This document shows positions 26,231 through 40,039 of a stretch of 64,000 bases of DNA, piece by piece (the first letter of the stretch is position 1; every line of letters starts with the position of its first letter). Source of the DNA: Octopus sinensis (Eukaryota); the NCBI RefSeq assembly GCF_006345805.1, contig NW_021830451.1, positions 6,266-70,265 on the forward strand. The letters run 5' to 3'. The position numbers were made by a program, and so were the translations under genes. The notes under the pieces are model-generated. The model was not told the DNA's origin. It saw only the letters and a program-made list of their open reading frames with translations, and did not search any database.

Positions 26231-26262
<32 letters not shown>

Positions 26263-26387
26263 GTACCAACATTTATATATTTACGTATGTGTATATATAA
26301 ATAAATGCATATAAATATCCATATACACACATATATACATATTCATATTTATGTATACATGTACACACACACATATATAAGTACGTG

Positions 26388-26450
<63 letters not shown>

Positions 26451-27059
26451 TGAATTATGTATACATCTACCTATATGTGTATGTGTGTACATATCATATG
26501 TTGCACTGTTTATATACTGTTATGGGTACGAGCGTATGATAACATAGACCAAAACGACTGTAAGGTGGATACCTGTTTATTAAACTGCGCCAGAGTCTAG
26601 TTAACATTCCGTTGTGATATATTGAGCTTGTATGCGTTGGACGTTCTGTATACATGTAGCCATTTTTTCTAATGTGTTATACGCACGGAAACCAACCAAA
26701 ATAAGCAATTCATATACGACCGTAATATAAGCCATCGTAATATAATGCAGTGGCTTTTTATTGAATGTGGCATATGAACTTTCAACTAAAAAATTAGGTC
26801 GTATGATTAAATGATATACCTGATTATTCTCAGGTGGAGTTAAAATTCGGAGAAGAATGAAGGTTAAAATAACAGCTTTTGTGCGCAGCATTTCGATTAT
26901 TCACGCTCAGGAAACTGTCATAATGGGAGCATAATTATTCTGTTACACTGTTTAATACACCGATGATACACACACATACACACGCATACACATACTCACA
27001 CACAAACATACACGCACACACATATACATATATATAAAAATATATATATATATACATAT

Positions 27060-27142
<83 letters not shown>

Positions 27143-27145
<3 letters not shown>

Positions 27146-27266
27146 GGTGTCCCCAAAAAATGTATACACACTTAAATAATTGTAAATTTGTTATTCTTTG
27201 TAAGCCTAGTACTTATTCTATCGTTCTCTTTTGCCGAACGACTATGTGTATACATTTTTTTGGGAC

Positions 27267-27272
<6 letters not shown>
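27143..27272. mobile_element. Tc1-type mini-MITE (~130 bp) in (TA)n; duplicate at 28221-28351
   Basis: TIRs cagggtgtccccaaaaaatgtatacaca / tgtgtatacatttttttgggacaccc with TA flanks; interior 27191-27239 is a piece of family A SINE. Confidence 0.85.
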
Positions 27273-27318
<46 letters not shown>

Positions 27319-27323
27319 TATAT

Positions 27324-27448
27324 ATCATCGTGATCACCGTGACCGACCAGGCTATCAGATGTTGCTACACATCGCTGGTAACAATGCGCTTCGCATTGTT
27401 TTAGCCTTCAAATGACGCCACCCCGTTGGCTAAGCGAGTAAGCAACCA
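27324..27448. mobile_element. Short interspersed repeat fragment between TA and CA tracts (also at 28403-28527 and 53986-54105)
   Basis: cgtgatcac-cgtgaccgaccag...acatcgctggt-acaatgcg...ggctaagcgag occurs three times in the window. Confidence 0.65.
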
Positions 27449-28156
27449 TACATACATACACACATACATACACCACACACACACACACACACACACACAC
27501 CACACACACACCACACACATATATATATATTGAATTATGTATACATCTACCTATATGTGTATGTGTGTACATATCATATGTTGCACTGTTTATATACTGT
27601 TATGGGTACGAGCGTATGATACATAGACCAAAACGACTGTAAGGTGGATACCTGTTTATTAAACTGCGCCAGAGTCTAGTTAACATTCCGTTGTGATATA
27701 TTGAGCTGGTATGCGTTGGACTTCTGTATACATGTAGCCATTTTTTCTAATGTGTTATACGCACGGAAACCAACCAAAATAAGCAATTCATATACGACCG
27801 TAATATAAGCCATCGTAATATAATGCAGTGGCTTTTTATTGAATGTGGCATATGAACTTTCAACTAAAAAATTAGGTCGTATGATTAAATGATTACCTGA
27901 TTATTCTCAGGTGGAGTTAAAATTCGGAGAAGAATGAAGGTTAAAATAACAGCTTTTGTGCGCAGCATTTCGATTATTCACGCTCAGGAAACTGTCATAA
28001 TGGGAGCATAATTATTCTGTTACACTGTTTAATACACCGATGATACACACACATACACACGCATACACATACTCACACACAAACATACACGCACACACAT
28101 ATATACATATATATAAAAATATATATATATATACATATATACATATATACATATAT

Positions 28157-28223
<67 letters not shown>

Positions 28224-28355
28224 GGTGTCCCCAAAAAATGTATACACACCTTAAATAATTGTAAATTTGTTATTCTTTGTAAGCCTAGTACTTATTCTAT
28301 CGTTCTCTTTTGCCGAACGACTATGTGTATACATTTTTTTGGGACACCCTATATA

Positions 28356-28389
<34 letters not shown>

Positions 28390-29770
28390 CACATATATAT
28401 ATATCATCGTGATCACCGTGACCGACCAGGCTATCAGATGTTGCTACACATCGCTGGTAACAATGCGCTTCGCATTGTTTTAGCCTTCAAATGACGCCAC
28501 CCCGTTGGCTAAGCGAGTAAGCAACCATACATACATACACACATACATACACACACACACACACGCACACACACACATATATATATTTATATACACATAC
28601 ATACATATGTGTGTGTGTGTATATATATTTATATATATATATATAAACATTAAATACGAACGGGTATTCTGCACATCTAAGCACCCTGGTACAGTCATTC
28701 TCTTGGGTGTATCTAATGTTATTATTTCTATATACATGTAATCGTACCATCGAGGTGGTACCCGTGTAACAGAAGGCCTTGGATACCGTTTCACTTCTCC
28801 CTATCAGAAAAGCAATTTTGAATCGTACAATTTTTCCCCCCAAATTTTTCCTCTTTGTATTTTCTAAACACATAGACAGATGTAATTAGCCTATATTCAC
28901 CAACTACAATGGAATGTCGGCCTGTTAACTTTAGCTATGTGATAAAAAGAGAGGGAGAGGGTTTTTACCTAGATATCCAGATGTTTATGTTGAAAGAATG
29001 TCGGGAGTCTTGTAACAATATATAAAATGGAAAACTCACTTACTTAAATAATAACACTTCTTTCGTCGCTTTGAGGCTAAACGAATTATATTTACATCTA
29101 TCTAAAACAGAACACACTATTGAACGATAGCTGCTCAGATCCGTCCATTGTCACTGATATGTAATTTTCTGACGAGTGAAGATTTGGATTTCTTTAACTT
29201 TTCTTTTCTTTTCACATAAGTGGTGATACGCCACCAGACGATGTTCCCGGTGTCAAAAAAATAAATAAACCGAGTTTGTTTTTAAATATATTTATTACGA
29301 AGGATCCTGTTTCTCATGTTGTCCTTCTCATTCGTTTGATATCCCATTGTGGGTGTTATTTTCACACTTCTTTGAAATCTATTCTTTTTGGTTTCGGCTG
29401 GGAATTAATAAAGCAAGTTCACTTGCAGGATCGGAACTTCAAATATAATGGTTTTCCTGTTAACAAATTTTCAAACATCCATACATAGATATATGCAAAC
29501 ATATGCATACATACATATATACATCGTACATATCCAGATATATATATGCGTATGTACATACATGTATGCATGCGGAAGCGGAGTTTCATGCGTACATCCA
29601 CATACAAAAATACATTCATATACTATGTATATGTATGTATCTATGTTTATATATATATTCATATTTAGTAGAAGTAAGAGACTTTGCCAATGCACTCACC
29701 CCTTGAGTAACGCTGTTACATCTGTCCAATATGAACAATGCAAATATACTCATCATATACTCATATTTTG

Positions 29771-29820
<50 letters not shown>

Positions 29821-30752
29821 AATACAAATAGAGGCATACATACATTCATAGACACACATACATATAGGTACGTATAGTCCGATGAGGACGTGTGGGTATA
29901 TGGATGGGTACAGCTCCACACATATCTGTACGCTGGCATTGCTCTTAATTTCTTGCGTAAGAAGATAAATATTTGTATCAAGTTGTTACAATACTAGGGC
30001 AGATGTAAATTACAACTATTTGATCCTCACGAATATACGCTCACATATACACATACTCGCGCGTATAGATATCTATGGTTTCTTAGATATGTATATAGAG
30101 AGAATGGTACACAGGTGCGCACACTTAAACATAAGTAGAGATTATATATATATAAAGAGCAGATAGGTGTATATAGAAAGAGCGAAGAGAGCCCTGGTAA
30201 TATGGTATTGTATCAACATTACTTCCAAATTCTCTCACAAATAAGACATGTGTACACATCACAGAATATATCTTTTAATCGTGCGCAAAAAGTCTATACT
30301 AGGCTAACGGGGAGCACATCTATGCGTACACACGAAAATTGCTCTTCCTCATTAACTTTTGAAATCAAATTAATTTCATCTCTTTGTATAAAGACATCTC
30401 GTTGGATACTAAAGTATCATATAATTAACAAGATTCCTATAAACAGAGCTGTTTGAAAGCTTTGATCTTACATTCTTACGGAAACAGCCATTGCAACTTA
30501 CGCCTGTCCGAGTATTATTACATTTTAATAGATCATGTGTCTATATGTAATCCTAACAAAAAATACCTTCTTCCATAAATACCCGCAACAGTAAGTCACT
30601 TCACGTCATACATTGTTTTTATTTTATATCGGACTATCTTGTATAGTGGACTAAGCCATTTATAGATCTGAGTATTGTCTATCTGGTATATTTCTTGAAA
30701 TTTATTCGAATATACAAAACTCCATTCAGAAACAAGACGTAGGAATCAATAT

Positions 30753-30804
<52 letters not shown>

Positions 30805-31228
30805 TATGTGTGTGTGTGTGTGTGTATGTCAGAAGTAGTGTACAGATATTGAATTTTGGGAAAACAGGTCGCTAGAATTTTCGAAAAGGATTTATTTTTA
30901 TTTTGTCATTACTATTAGCGCTCGTTTTTCGAAGTTGTCAAATAAATCGTTTTTGTGAATGTACAAACAGGTTGTTTATTTCTGTAAAACAGATGATTTT
31001 TTTTTGTTTTATTTAGAAGAGGAGAACATTGTCTTTCTATTTTTTTGTGAGGTTCCAGGACAACGGAAATGGATAGGGTGATAGATAGAAAGACAAAGAG
31101 ATAGGTACAGAGGGGAAGGAGGGACGCCCTACAATGTTGACTTCCATCCATTTATCTATTTATTTAGTTTTACCATTCTATTGAAATGAGTTCAATATGT
31201 ATGTATATGTATATATATATATATATAT

Positions 31229-31263
<35 letters not shown>

Positions 31264-31300
31264 TATATATATATATACACACGCGCATATATATATATAC

Positions 31301-31354
<54 letters not shown>

Positions 31355-31366
31355 ATATATATATAT

Positions 31367-31640
31367 TAGCTGCTTCTCGTATACGAGCAAAGCCATTGCT
31401 TGAAAGAATTGTAGAAATGAGTCAATGTCGATGCAATGTGAGGCCCTTGCATGGCTCTTCAGCCCAGCGAATGTGTTACACATTCTATTACATAACGCAC
31501 AGCTATTCTGGCTGGCAGAAGAAACAAGTGTCACAGTATGAACTCTTTTGGTATGCCTTCTTAATCCTCCAACTAAGAGGCACACCTCACCACATGTTCT
31601 GTTGTGAACAATAGCCGTATCGCAATTTGCCATGGGTCGA
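31367..31640 (-). mobile_element. 3' end of an RTE-clade LINE with C-terminal C2H2-like fingers
   Basis: TCGEVC...[10 protein letters not shown] and [21 protein letters not shown] (the RTE-type CxxCxRxCxSxxGLxSHxRxH pattern), then a short tail GCTCGTATACGAG stem and (TA)n. Confidence 0.7.
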
Positions 31641-31785
31641 TTCCTGGGAGTTCTCTAGTGGCTGACCAAACTCGCACGACTTAAGTACTTCCACTCACAC
31701 GCAGAAACCGCACGCACACAAATCAAGACTCTCTCATTCTGCACATACGTTCATATTTTACACACAAACAAACATAAAAAAAGAA

Positions 31786-31983
31786 GTCGCCATGATAGAT
31801 CGGTAGCCACTACACACATTTTGTTTCCCTCCTTGTTTCTCTCCTTGTTTCTCTCTGTGTTCCTTTCTGTGGAAGAGCGTTGGCTCGAAACGTAAAAGAC
31901 ATTTTCAATTCCTGAGCGTTATACAAATACATCTGTTTGTTTTCTACACCACCTCTCTTCGTCTTTTGTTTTTTTTCGTAAAT

Positions 31984-31985
<2 letters not shown>
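31786..31985 (+). mobile_element. Family H1 Penelope-like fragment with a minimal HHR at 31863-31898
   Basis: cttt-CTGTGGA-A-GAGC-gttg-GCTC-GAAA-CG-TA-aaag. Confidence 0.7.
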
Positions 31986-32017
<32 letters not shown>

Positions 32018-32079
32018 CATGCACACGCACACACACACATACACACACACACACACATACACACACACACACACACATA

Positions 32080-32244
32080 TCACTTTGGGATCTTTCTTTC
32101 CTCTCTCTTCCTTCTTTATGTTTCCCACGAAGAGCTCCGCTCGAAACGTCATACCTTCCTGCTTCCATATTTCCTGAGCGCCTATTAATAATAATACCGT
32201 AATTGTTCCACGTGTTGTTGTTTTTTTGTTTTCCCGTTTGGATT

Positions 32245-32248
<4 letters not shown>
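32080..32248 (+). mobile_element. Family H2 Penelope-like fragment with a decayed minimal HHR
   Basis: cccacgaa-GAGC-tcc-GCTC-GAAA-CG-TC; homologous to 51820-52025 on the minus strand. Confidence 0.6.
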
Positions 32249-32293
<45 letters not shown>

Positions 32294-32767
32294 TTCATAC
32301 ACATTTTGCAATTTGCAAGAATTCAAATGTCTGTTAGACACCACTCTATAGCATGCGCTACTTACATGCATTGAACACAATGGAATATAATCCTTCGGCC
32401 AAGGCCGCAACGGTTTGCTAGGATTCAGATTCGAACACACATCATTACGTTCTTGAATCTAACAATCCGGATCATTCTCTTTTCCACATGTGGACAAAGA
32501 CAGACACACAATCAGAGATAGACATAATGGAAGGAATGATTTCCTCCGCGTGTGTATATTTTTGTTGTTTCTCCGATATCTGAGTGCAAACCACCATATG
32601 TATACGCCATATGAATATAGATGATATATAAATAATTACAAATATACATTTAAGTCCATTCTAAGACACTAACTTCTTTTATCCGTATATATTATCAAAG
32701 TAGTGATATCGTGACACGTGTAGTTAAACACAGGAAATAAAACATGCCTTGTTAGCAATTTATCAAT

Positions 32768-32784
32768 ATTATTACTACCATTGC

Positions 32785-32833
<49 letters not shown>

Positions 32834-32856
32834 GTTGTTGTTGTTGTTGTTATCGG

Positions 32857-32940
<84 letters not shown>

Positions 32941-33026
32941 TATTATTGTTATTATTATACTTATTATTATCTTTATTATTATAAAAATATTAGAAAAGAT
33001 TATTATCACAATTGTTATTATTATTA

Positions 33027-33064
<38 letters not shown>

Positions 33065-33150
33065 GTTGTTGTTATTATTAATATTATTGTTGTTGTTATT
33101 ATTATTATTATTATTATTATACATATATATATATATGTATATATATGTAC

Positions 33151-33215
<65 letters not shown>
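32768..33215. repeat. Compound microsatellite (ATT)n/(GTT)n/(CAT)n/(TA)n/(TG)n
   Basis: Direct reading. Confidence 0.95.
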
Positions 33216-33572
33216 CGATTAGAACATGGCGGAAGGAAGCGAGAAAATTAAAGTAGTTGCCTGTTCCTTTGAGACGGATATGTGGCATAATAGTTTCCAC
33301 GTTGGTTTAGTCAGTTTATAAAAAATCCTGTGTGCTTGGCCCAATTCTGCTGTTTCTTCACTTTGTTTAAAAGTTAGGGAGCGCAATAAGAGAACTGGTG
33401 TCAGGTGCATAGCATTCTGGATTCTCTTTTATAACATCAGTGTATATTTTCAAACATAATATTGTTTATTTGTCAGAAGAGAAACGGTTCGTAATGATTT
33501 ATCTAGAAACATTAGATGAAGAAGCTTTTGCATTCTAAGAAAATATACTTAAAGCAGACATGCTTTTGTTGT

Positions 33573-33586
33573 TTCTTCTTCTTTCC

Positions 33587-33617
<31 letters not shown>

Positions 33618-33621
33618 CCTA

Positions 33622-33652
<31 letters not shown>

Positions 33653-33721
33653 TTCTTCTTCTTCTTCTTCTTCTTCTTCTTCTTCTTCTTCTTCTTTTTC
33701 TTCTTCTTATCTTTATTATTA

Positions 33722-33752
<31 letters not shown>

Positions 33753-33832
33753 CATTATTATTATTATTATCATTATTATTATTATTGTTATTGTTATTAT
33801 TATTATTATTATTAGTAGTAGTAGTAGTAGTA
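33573..33832. repeat. Compound microsatellite (CTT)n/(ATT)n/(AGT)n
   Basis: Direct reading. Confidence 0.95.
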
Positions 33833-33867
33833 ATAGACGAAGCAGTTGTTAAAATAGGAAGAGTTGT

Positions 33868-33911
<44 letters not shown>

Positions 33912-34161
33912 ACGCATATATGTACATACGTAGACATACACGTATATGTATATATATAATATATATATTATATATATATATATTTAATGTATATATGTAC
34001 ATATTTTAAGACGGTGCTCTGATATGACCGCAAACTGAAACATGTAAATGCATACAAGCATACACAGATGGGGATAGATATAAAGTTCAGTATATCTATA
34101 TGTTTTATATATATATATATAGATAGGTAAAACCATACATACAAATACATACACAACCTCA

Positions 34162-34263
<102 letters not shown>

Positions 34264-34543
34264 GTATCTATCTATCTGTCTGTCTATCTATATACACACA
34301 CACACATATGTATATATCATTGCTATCAGTTAAACTGTCGTATGTCCGAATTTGGCCAAACGAGTTTTCTTTTCAATATTTATTTTTCCTTGAAATACCC
34401 GGTTCTTTTGATCAAACTATCGTATTTCCAGATGCCAATATATCAAAAATGTTTTTAGTGTAATACAATGGTTATGGTATGCAATTGTTGTTTTCTAAAA
34501 AGGCAACGTTTTGGACTTAAGATACTTTCGTATAATAGCAACG

Positions 34544-34580
<37 letters not shown>

Positions 34581-34667
34581 ATATACTATATACACACACA
34601 TATGTATATATATATACATACATATAGAAATTCTATATATATTATTATATATATATATATATACAGC

Positions 34668-35011
<344 letters not shown>

Positions 35012-35026
35012 CATGACAGGAGCAAA

Positions 35027-35936
35027 TTGACATCCCTATAATCGTTAAAATTTATCTTTTTAATGATAGTCTCTTATTATCAACCTTGAATGATTTCAGC
35101 CATGTGACAATGAGTCCTATCTACCATAGATAAGAAGTATTTTTAAGCATTTCACCACTGGAGAAGAGTTGAAGGAATTCTTCCTGCAATATGGACACAT
35201 ATTTACCTGAGTTTATGTTTCTCTCCTACTCCACCATCCCTAATTAGCCTTTGCTCCTCAGACCATCACAGAATAGCTGCCGTGTTTCATTGTTGGCTGC
35301 CATCTTTTCACATCAAATTCTTGATCACAGAGTCTCCAGACCCACACACAACCACTGTCAGAAAATACAGCAAATCTGGACTCATCCGAGAATGTGTCAC
35401 TGTCGCAAAATGCTAGTGGCCTCTCCATCATCTCATTGGGCCAATCATTCCTCTGCATGATATTGGCTGGCCGAAGAAGAGGCTTCTTCTTGCTGCAATG
35501 CCTTAATAGCCAAGTTTGTGAAGATACCTCATAGCTGTTCTGAGACTGACATTAACTTTTTCTGCTTTGTCAGAGGCCTTGCAACTAAGATTATCCTCCA
35601 TACTTCTCTTAGCAGAGGGGAGGATCCTGTCAGAGGGCCCTGGTTGACCTGGAGGAGATGGTGTAGACTCCTTCCTCTGTTTGGTGAATTGCACAATCAC
35701 TCTATTTAGTGTAACAAGCGGATCCCCAATTTTCCTGCGATTTTGCATTGTCAAAGTCTACCTTGAGATTGACTCACAATATGGCCTCTTTGAAATTTGG
35801 ACTGTTCCAAGGCTTCTTTTGTACGTGGCATGATTAAACAGTCACATATAGAACCTGAAACATGTAGATGTCAAATAATAAAAAATATAAATATTTTCAA
35901 GTTAAACATAAAATTATGTCGTATCGGATGTCCTTA
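35027..35936 (-). mobile_element. Tc1-like transposon, decayed and internally deleted
   Basis: Minus-strand frames give an HTH region (VSLRTAMRYLHKLGY), FSDESRF (first catalytic D) and PTMKHGSYSVMV*G; ends gacatcccta / atcggatgtc. Confidence 0.8.
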
Positions 35937-36247
35937 TGTATGTATATATATATATATATATAAATTAATATGTTCAATAAGAAAAAAATTATTTTCGAAA
36001 TTTTTCTCTTATGAGGTTTTTCACGCTATCTACCCGATAATTTCTTATTAAGATTCCTTATTAAGAAGTTGTCCTTAATTGCTAAATAATTTTATTCCGA
36101 AAAAACTTTTCCTATCCGAAATGCAATTCGAAGAAGCCTGCCATTTACCGGATGTAATATATGTAAACTCCCCCATGTGCTTCGTTGACGTTGAACAGTT
36201 AGCTGCTTGGCTTCGATGGGACAGGATCGTTTATTTATGATACGTTC

Positions 36248-36296
36248 AGGCTTGCTGAAGAGTACAGAAGTACGAAATCACAGGTGATACAAGTCT
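36248..36296 (+). ncRNA. Canonical type I hammerhead ribozyme, copy 1
   Basis: Stem I AGGCTTG/CAAGTCT; core CTGAAGA at 36255-36261; stem II GTAC-agaa-GTAC; GAAA; stem III A-TCA-cagg-TGA-T; AUA triplet, cut after 36289. Confidence 0.9.
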
Positions 36297-36706
36297 ATAT
36301 TTCTTAAATGTCTTGCTTTGAAAGATTGCATTCGGTGGGATTAGTAAAATTTTTGGTAGAAATGACTTTTTGTCCCTCTTAGCGTGTGGCATCTATGTAT
36401 AATAATGCCCTCTATATATAAATTAATATGTTCAATGAGAAAAAAAATTATTTTCGAAATTTTTCTCTTATGAGGTTTTTCACGCTATCTACCCGATAAT
36501 TTCTTATTAAGATTCCTTATTAAGAAGTTGTCCTTAATTGCTAAATAATTTTATTCCGAAAAAACTTTTCCTATCCGAAATGCAATTCGAAGAAGCCTGC
36601 CATTTACCGGATGTAATATATGTAAACTCCCCCATGTGCTTCGTTGACGTTGAACAGTTAGCTGCTTGGCTTCGATGGGACAGGATCGTTTATTTATGAT
36701 ACGTTC

Positions 36707-36755
36707 AGGCTTGCTGAAGAGTACAGAAGTACGAAATCACAGGTGATACAAGTCT
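36707..36755 (+). ncRNA. Canonical type I hammerhead ribozyme, copy 2
   Basis: Identical motif; core at 36714-36720, cut after 36748. Confidence 0.9.
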
Positions 36756-37160
36756 ATATTTCTTAAATGTCTTGCTTTGAAAGATTGCATTCGGTGGGAT
36801 TAGTAAAATTTTTGGTAGAAATGACTTTTTGTCCCTCTTAGCGTGTGGCATCTATGTATAATAATGCCCTCTATATATAAATTAATATGTTCAATGAGAA
36901 AAAATTATTTTCGAAATTTTTCTCTTATGAGGTTTTTCACGCTATCTACCCGATTATTTTTATTAAGATTCCTTATTAAGAAGTTGTCCTTAATTGCTAA
37001 ATAATTTTTTCCGAAAAAACTTTTCCTATCCGAAATGCAATTCGAAGAAGCCTGCCATTTACCGGATGTAATATATGTAAACTCCCCCATGTGCTTCGTT
37101 GACGTGAACAGTTAGCTGCTTGGCTTCGATGGGACAGGATCGTTTATTTATGATACGTTC

Positions 37161-37209
37161 AGGCTTGCTGAAGAGTACAGAAGTACGAAATCACAGGTGA
37201 TACAAGTCT
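37161..37209 (+). ncRNA. Canonical type I hammerhead ribozyme, copy 3
   Basis: Identical motif; core at 37168-37174, cut after 37202. Confidence 0.9.
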
Positions 37210-37483
37210 ATATTCTTAAATGTCTTGCTTTGAAAGATTGCATTCGGTGGGATTAGTAAAATTTTTGGTAGAAATGACTTTTTGTCCCTCTTAGCGTGTG
37301 GCATCTAGTATAATATGCCCCCTCTATATATAAATTAATATTCAATGAGAAAAAAAATTATTTTCGAAATTATTCTCTTATGAGGTTTTTCACGCTATCT
37401 ACCCGATAATTTCTTATTAAGATTCCTTATTAAGAAGTTGTCCTTAATTGCTATATATATATATATATATATATATACATACG

Positions 37484-38534
37484 CGTGGTCTGATCAGTAA
37501 ATGTCCGGACTGTTGCTATAGTAACGAAGCTAAAGCACACAGAAGTAAAGTCGCCTGGTACAGATTGACCATTAACGCTGCTGTGCATGCACACTAAGTT
37601 TTATAGTTCTAGCTCATTTCCACCGTTTACAACAGTGCTTGGAAGGAAGGTGTGTAACGTTTGATCGTGGCTTTGACCATGACAGAAGTTGAACAGATAA
37701 TCTACATCACATTTTGCCAAAAGCGTGGTGATACCTGCTCAAAGTTTACAAAATTTTTCATCGTTCCCGATCCAAATAAAATCCTGTACAACTGAAGCCC
37801 GATTGTCTTTTTGGTCTGCTAAAAGCAGTTTTGGCACAATCTTGACAAACACGCACCTCATACCCAAATCTTTAGTAATAATGGACTTAGTTGAACCGTA
37901 ACCAATCTGCACCTTCTCTGACGACTCAAGATTTCCTCTTACAGCTGCATGCACATAGATGGTTTTCTCAGTTCTGTTGGTTGCAGGTCTCCCTGAACGT
38001 TCATCAATACCGGCATTTTGTCGGCCATCTTGGAAACGGCTGAAACATTTGTACACTTGTGTGCGGCTCATAAATTCCTCTGCATACACTCTCTGCAACT
38101 GTGCATAGGCCTTTGAGCAGGTATCGCCATCACAACTTTCCCTGCCATGATCAATGAGACGATCAAACGCGACACACCTTCCTTCCAGGCTTTGCTGTAA
38201 ACAGCGGAAATGAGATATAACGTTAAATCTTAGTGCGCATGCACGGCAGAGATCAAGGTCAATCTCTGCCAAGCAGGTTGATTCTGCATGCTTTAGGTCC
38301 GTTACTATGGCAACAATTTTATTCTTTTACTTGTTTCAGTTATTTTGATTGCGGCCATGCTGGAGTACTACCGTTTTAGTCGGGCAAATCGACCCCAAGA
38401 CTTTAATTTTTGTAAGTCTAGTACCTAGTACTTACTCTATCGGTCTCTTTTCCCGAACCGCTAGTTACAGGGACGTAAAAACACCAGCATCGGTCGTCAA
38501 GCGATGTCGGGGCGACCAAACAACAGACACACAA

Positions 38535-38619
<85 letters not shown>

Positions 38620-38825
38620 ACACACATATATACAACGGCCTTCTTTCAGGTTTCCGTCTACCAAATCCACTCACAAGGCTTTAGTCGGCCTGAGGTCATA
38701 GTAGAAGACACTAGCCCAAAGTGCCACCGCAGTGACACTGAACCCTGAACCATGTGGTTGGTAATCAAGCTACTTACCACACAGCCACTCCTGTACCAAT
38801 CTGGATACTTATTGATCATACCTCG
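37484..38825 (-). mobile_element. Rearranged (5'-5') mariner element with long inverted ends
   Basis: TIRs cgtggtctgatcagtaaatgtccgga / tctggatacttattgatcatacctcg. Minus-strand ORF AYAQLQRVYAEEFMSRTQVYKCFSRFQDGR...DERSGRP...LGMRCVFVKIVPKLL. The left 260 bp is a second 5' end in plus orientation. Confidence 0.8.
38317..38793 (-). mobile_element. Family A SINE nested in the mariner right end
   Basis: Full-length reverse copy with a (TA)n interior; the mariner TIR resumes at ~38798. Confidence 0.9.
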
Positions 38826-39674
38826 TATATATTAATGTATATGTATATGGATGTTCATATGTGCGTACGAAAAAAATGTTGTTGCTACGTGGAGCATCAG
38901 GCTTACAAAGATACTGTATAACTATGATAAAACATGATATGTAACTACTTTTTCGACGACGTTAAAAATAGCACATCCCATTAGTCATCGTATAAATGAT
39001 GTTCATTTGTTTACTTATAAAATAATAGTGTTCATTATAAAGACTTAGATACACATTTGTTTCATCAAAATACAATATATTTTATGATGTATATACACGT
39101 CAGTATTATCACTGGCTTCATATACATCAGCTGGAATCAATAATGTGCCAATAATTATGATTTTTCATAACCTCTTGCGCGTTAATCTTGCATTTTCTGA
39201 CACTTAGCAAAGCTGATTATAAGGAAAATTCAATAATAATTATTAGAGAGAGAGAGAGAGAGAGAGATAGATAGAGAGGGGGGGGAAACTGCGTCAGGAA
39301 GGCTTAGGTTAAGAATTCAATGGTATACAAAAGTATATACAAGAATTGCATTAGCTCATGTACACTAACAAACGCATTTATGGCTACTAATCTTGTGTGC
39401 GTATAAGAGAGAGAGAGTGTATATATATATGTGGGTCTGTTCGAACGGGGTCTACTACTACTTTTTAAGTCTAAGAGGACATCCCTTTTAGTTGGTCAAA
39501 AATGCAAATTGCGAGAAGGCGAGCGAAGCCCGATATATTCGAGTGGTGGGACCAGTAGACCAGGTCTGTTTTGGGTTCTTCTTGCCCTACTCATGAATGG
39601 ACCCTCGACTCTGCCTGTCTATCTCTCTGTCTCTGTCTCTCTCTCTCTGTATATATATATATTATATATATATA

Positions 39675-39717
<43 letters not shown>

Positions 39718-39725
39718 TATATATG

Positions 39726-39756
<31 letters not shown>

Positions 39757-39804
39757 GTGTGTGTGTGTGTTGTATAGTAATATATAAGTATATATGCATC
39801 CATT

Positions 39805-39982
39805 AAAAAAAACAAAAGACGAAGACAGGTGGTGTGGCACAACAAACAGATGTATTAGTTTAACGCTCGGAAAGTGAAAAAGTCTTTAACGTTTCGAACT
39901 TACGCTCTTCCACAGAAAGGAACTCTGAATGAAACAAAGAGAAAAATAAAGAATGTGTAGTGGCTAGCGATCTATCATGGCG
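39805..39982 (-). mobile_element. Family H1 fragment with a minimal HHR at 39884-39919
   Basis: Minus strand cttt-CTGTGGA-A-gagcgtaagttc-GAAA-CG-TT-aaag. Confidence 0.65.
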
Positions 39983-40006
39983 AATATGTATATGTATTAT
40001 ATATAT

Positions 40007-40039
<33 letters not shown>

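Larger units (their letters stand above)
26400..28560. repeat. Tandem duplication, period ~1080 bp, bounded by (CA)n
   Basis: Lines starting 26461 and 27541 are identical; the copies differ mainly by single-base indels. Confidence 0.95.
35960..37452 (+). mobile_element. Tandem array (3.25 x ~459 bp) of a non-coding HHR-bearing unit: non-LTR retrozyme or Penelope pLTR-like array
   Basis: Near-identical units with periods 459 and 454, (TA)n on both flanks, no meaningful ORF, one canonical HHR per full unit. Confidence 0.85.

Noticed and set aside
31178-31633. C2H2 zinc-finger ORF as a host ZNF gene
   Set aside because: No TGEKP linkers. The pattern and the short tail into (TA)n match an RTE LINE C-terminus.
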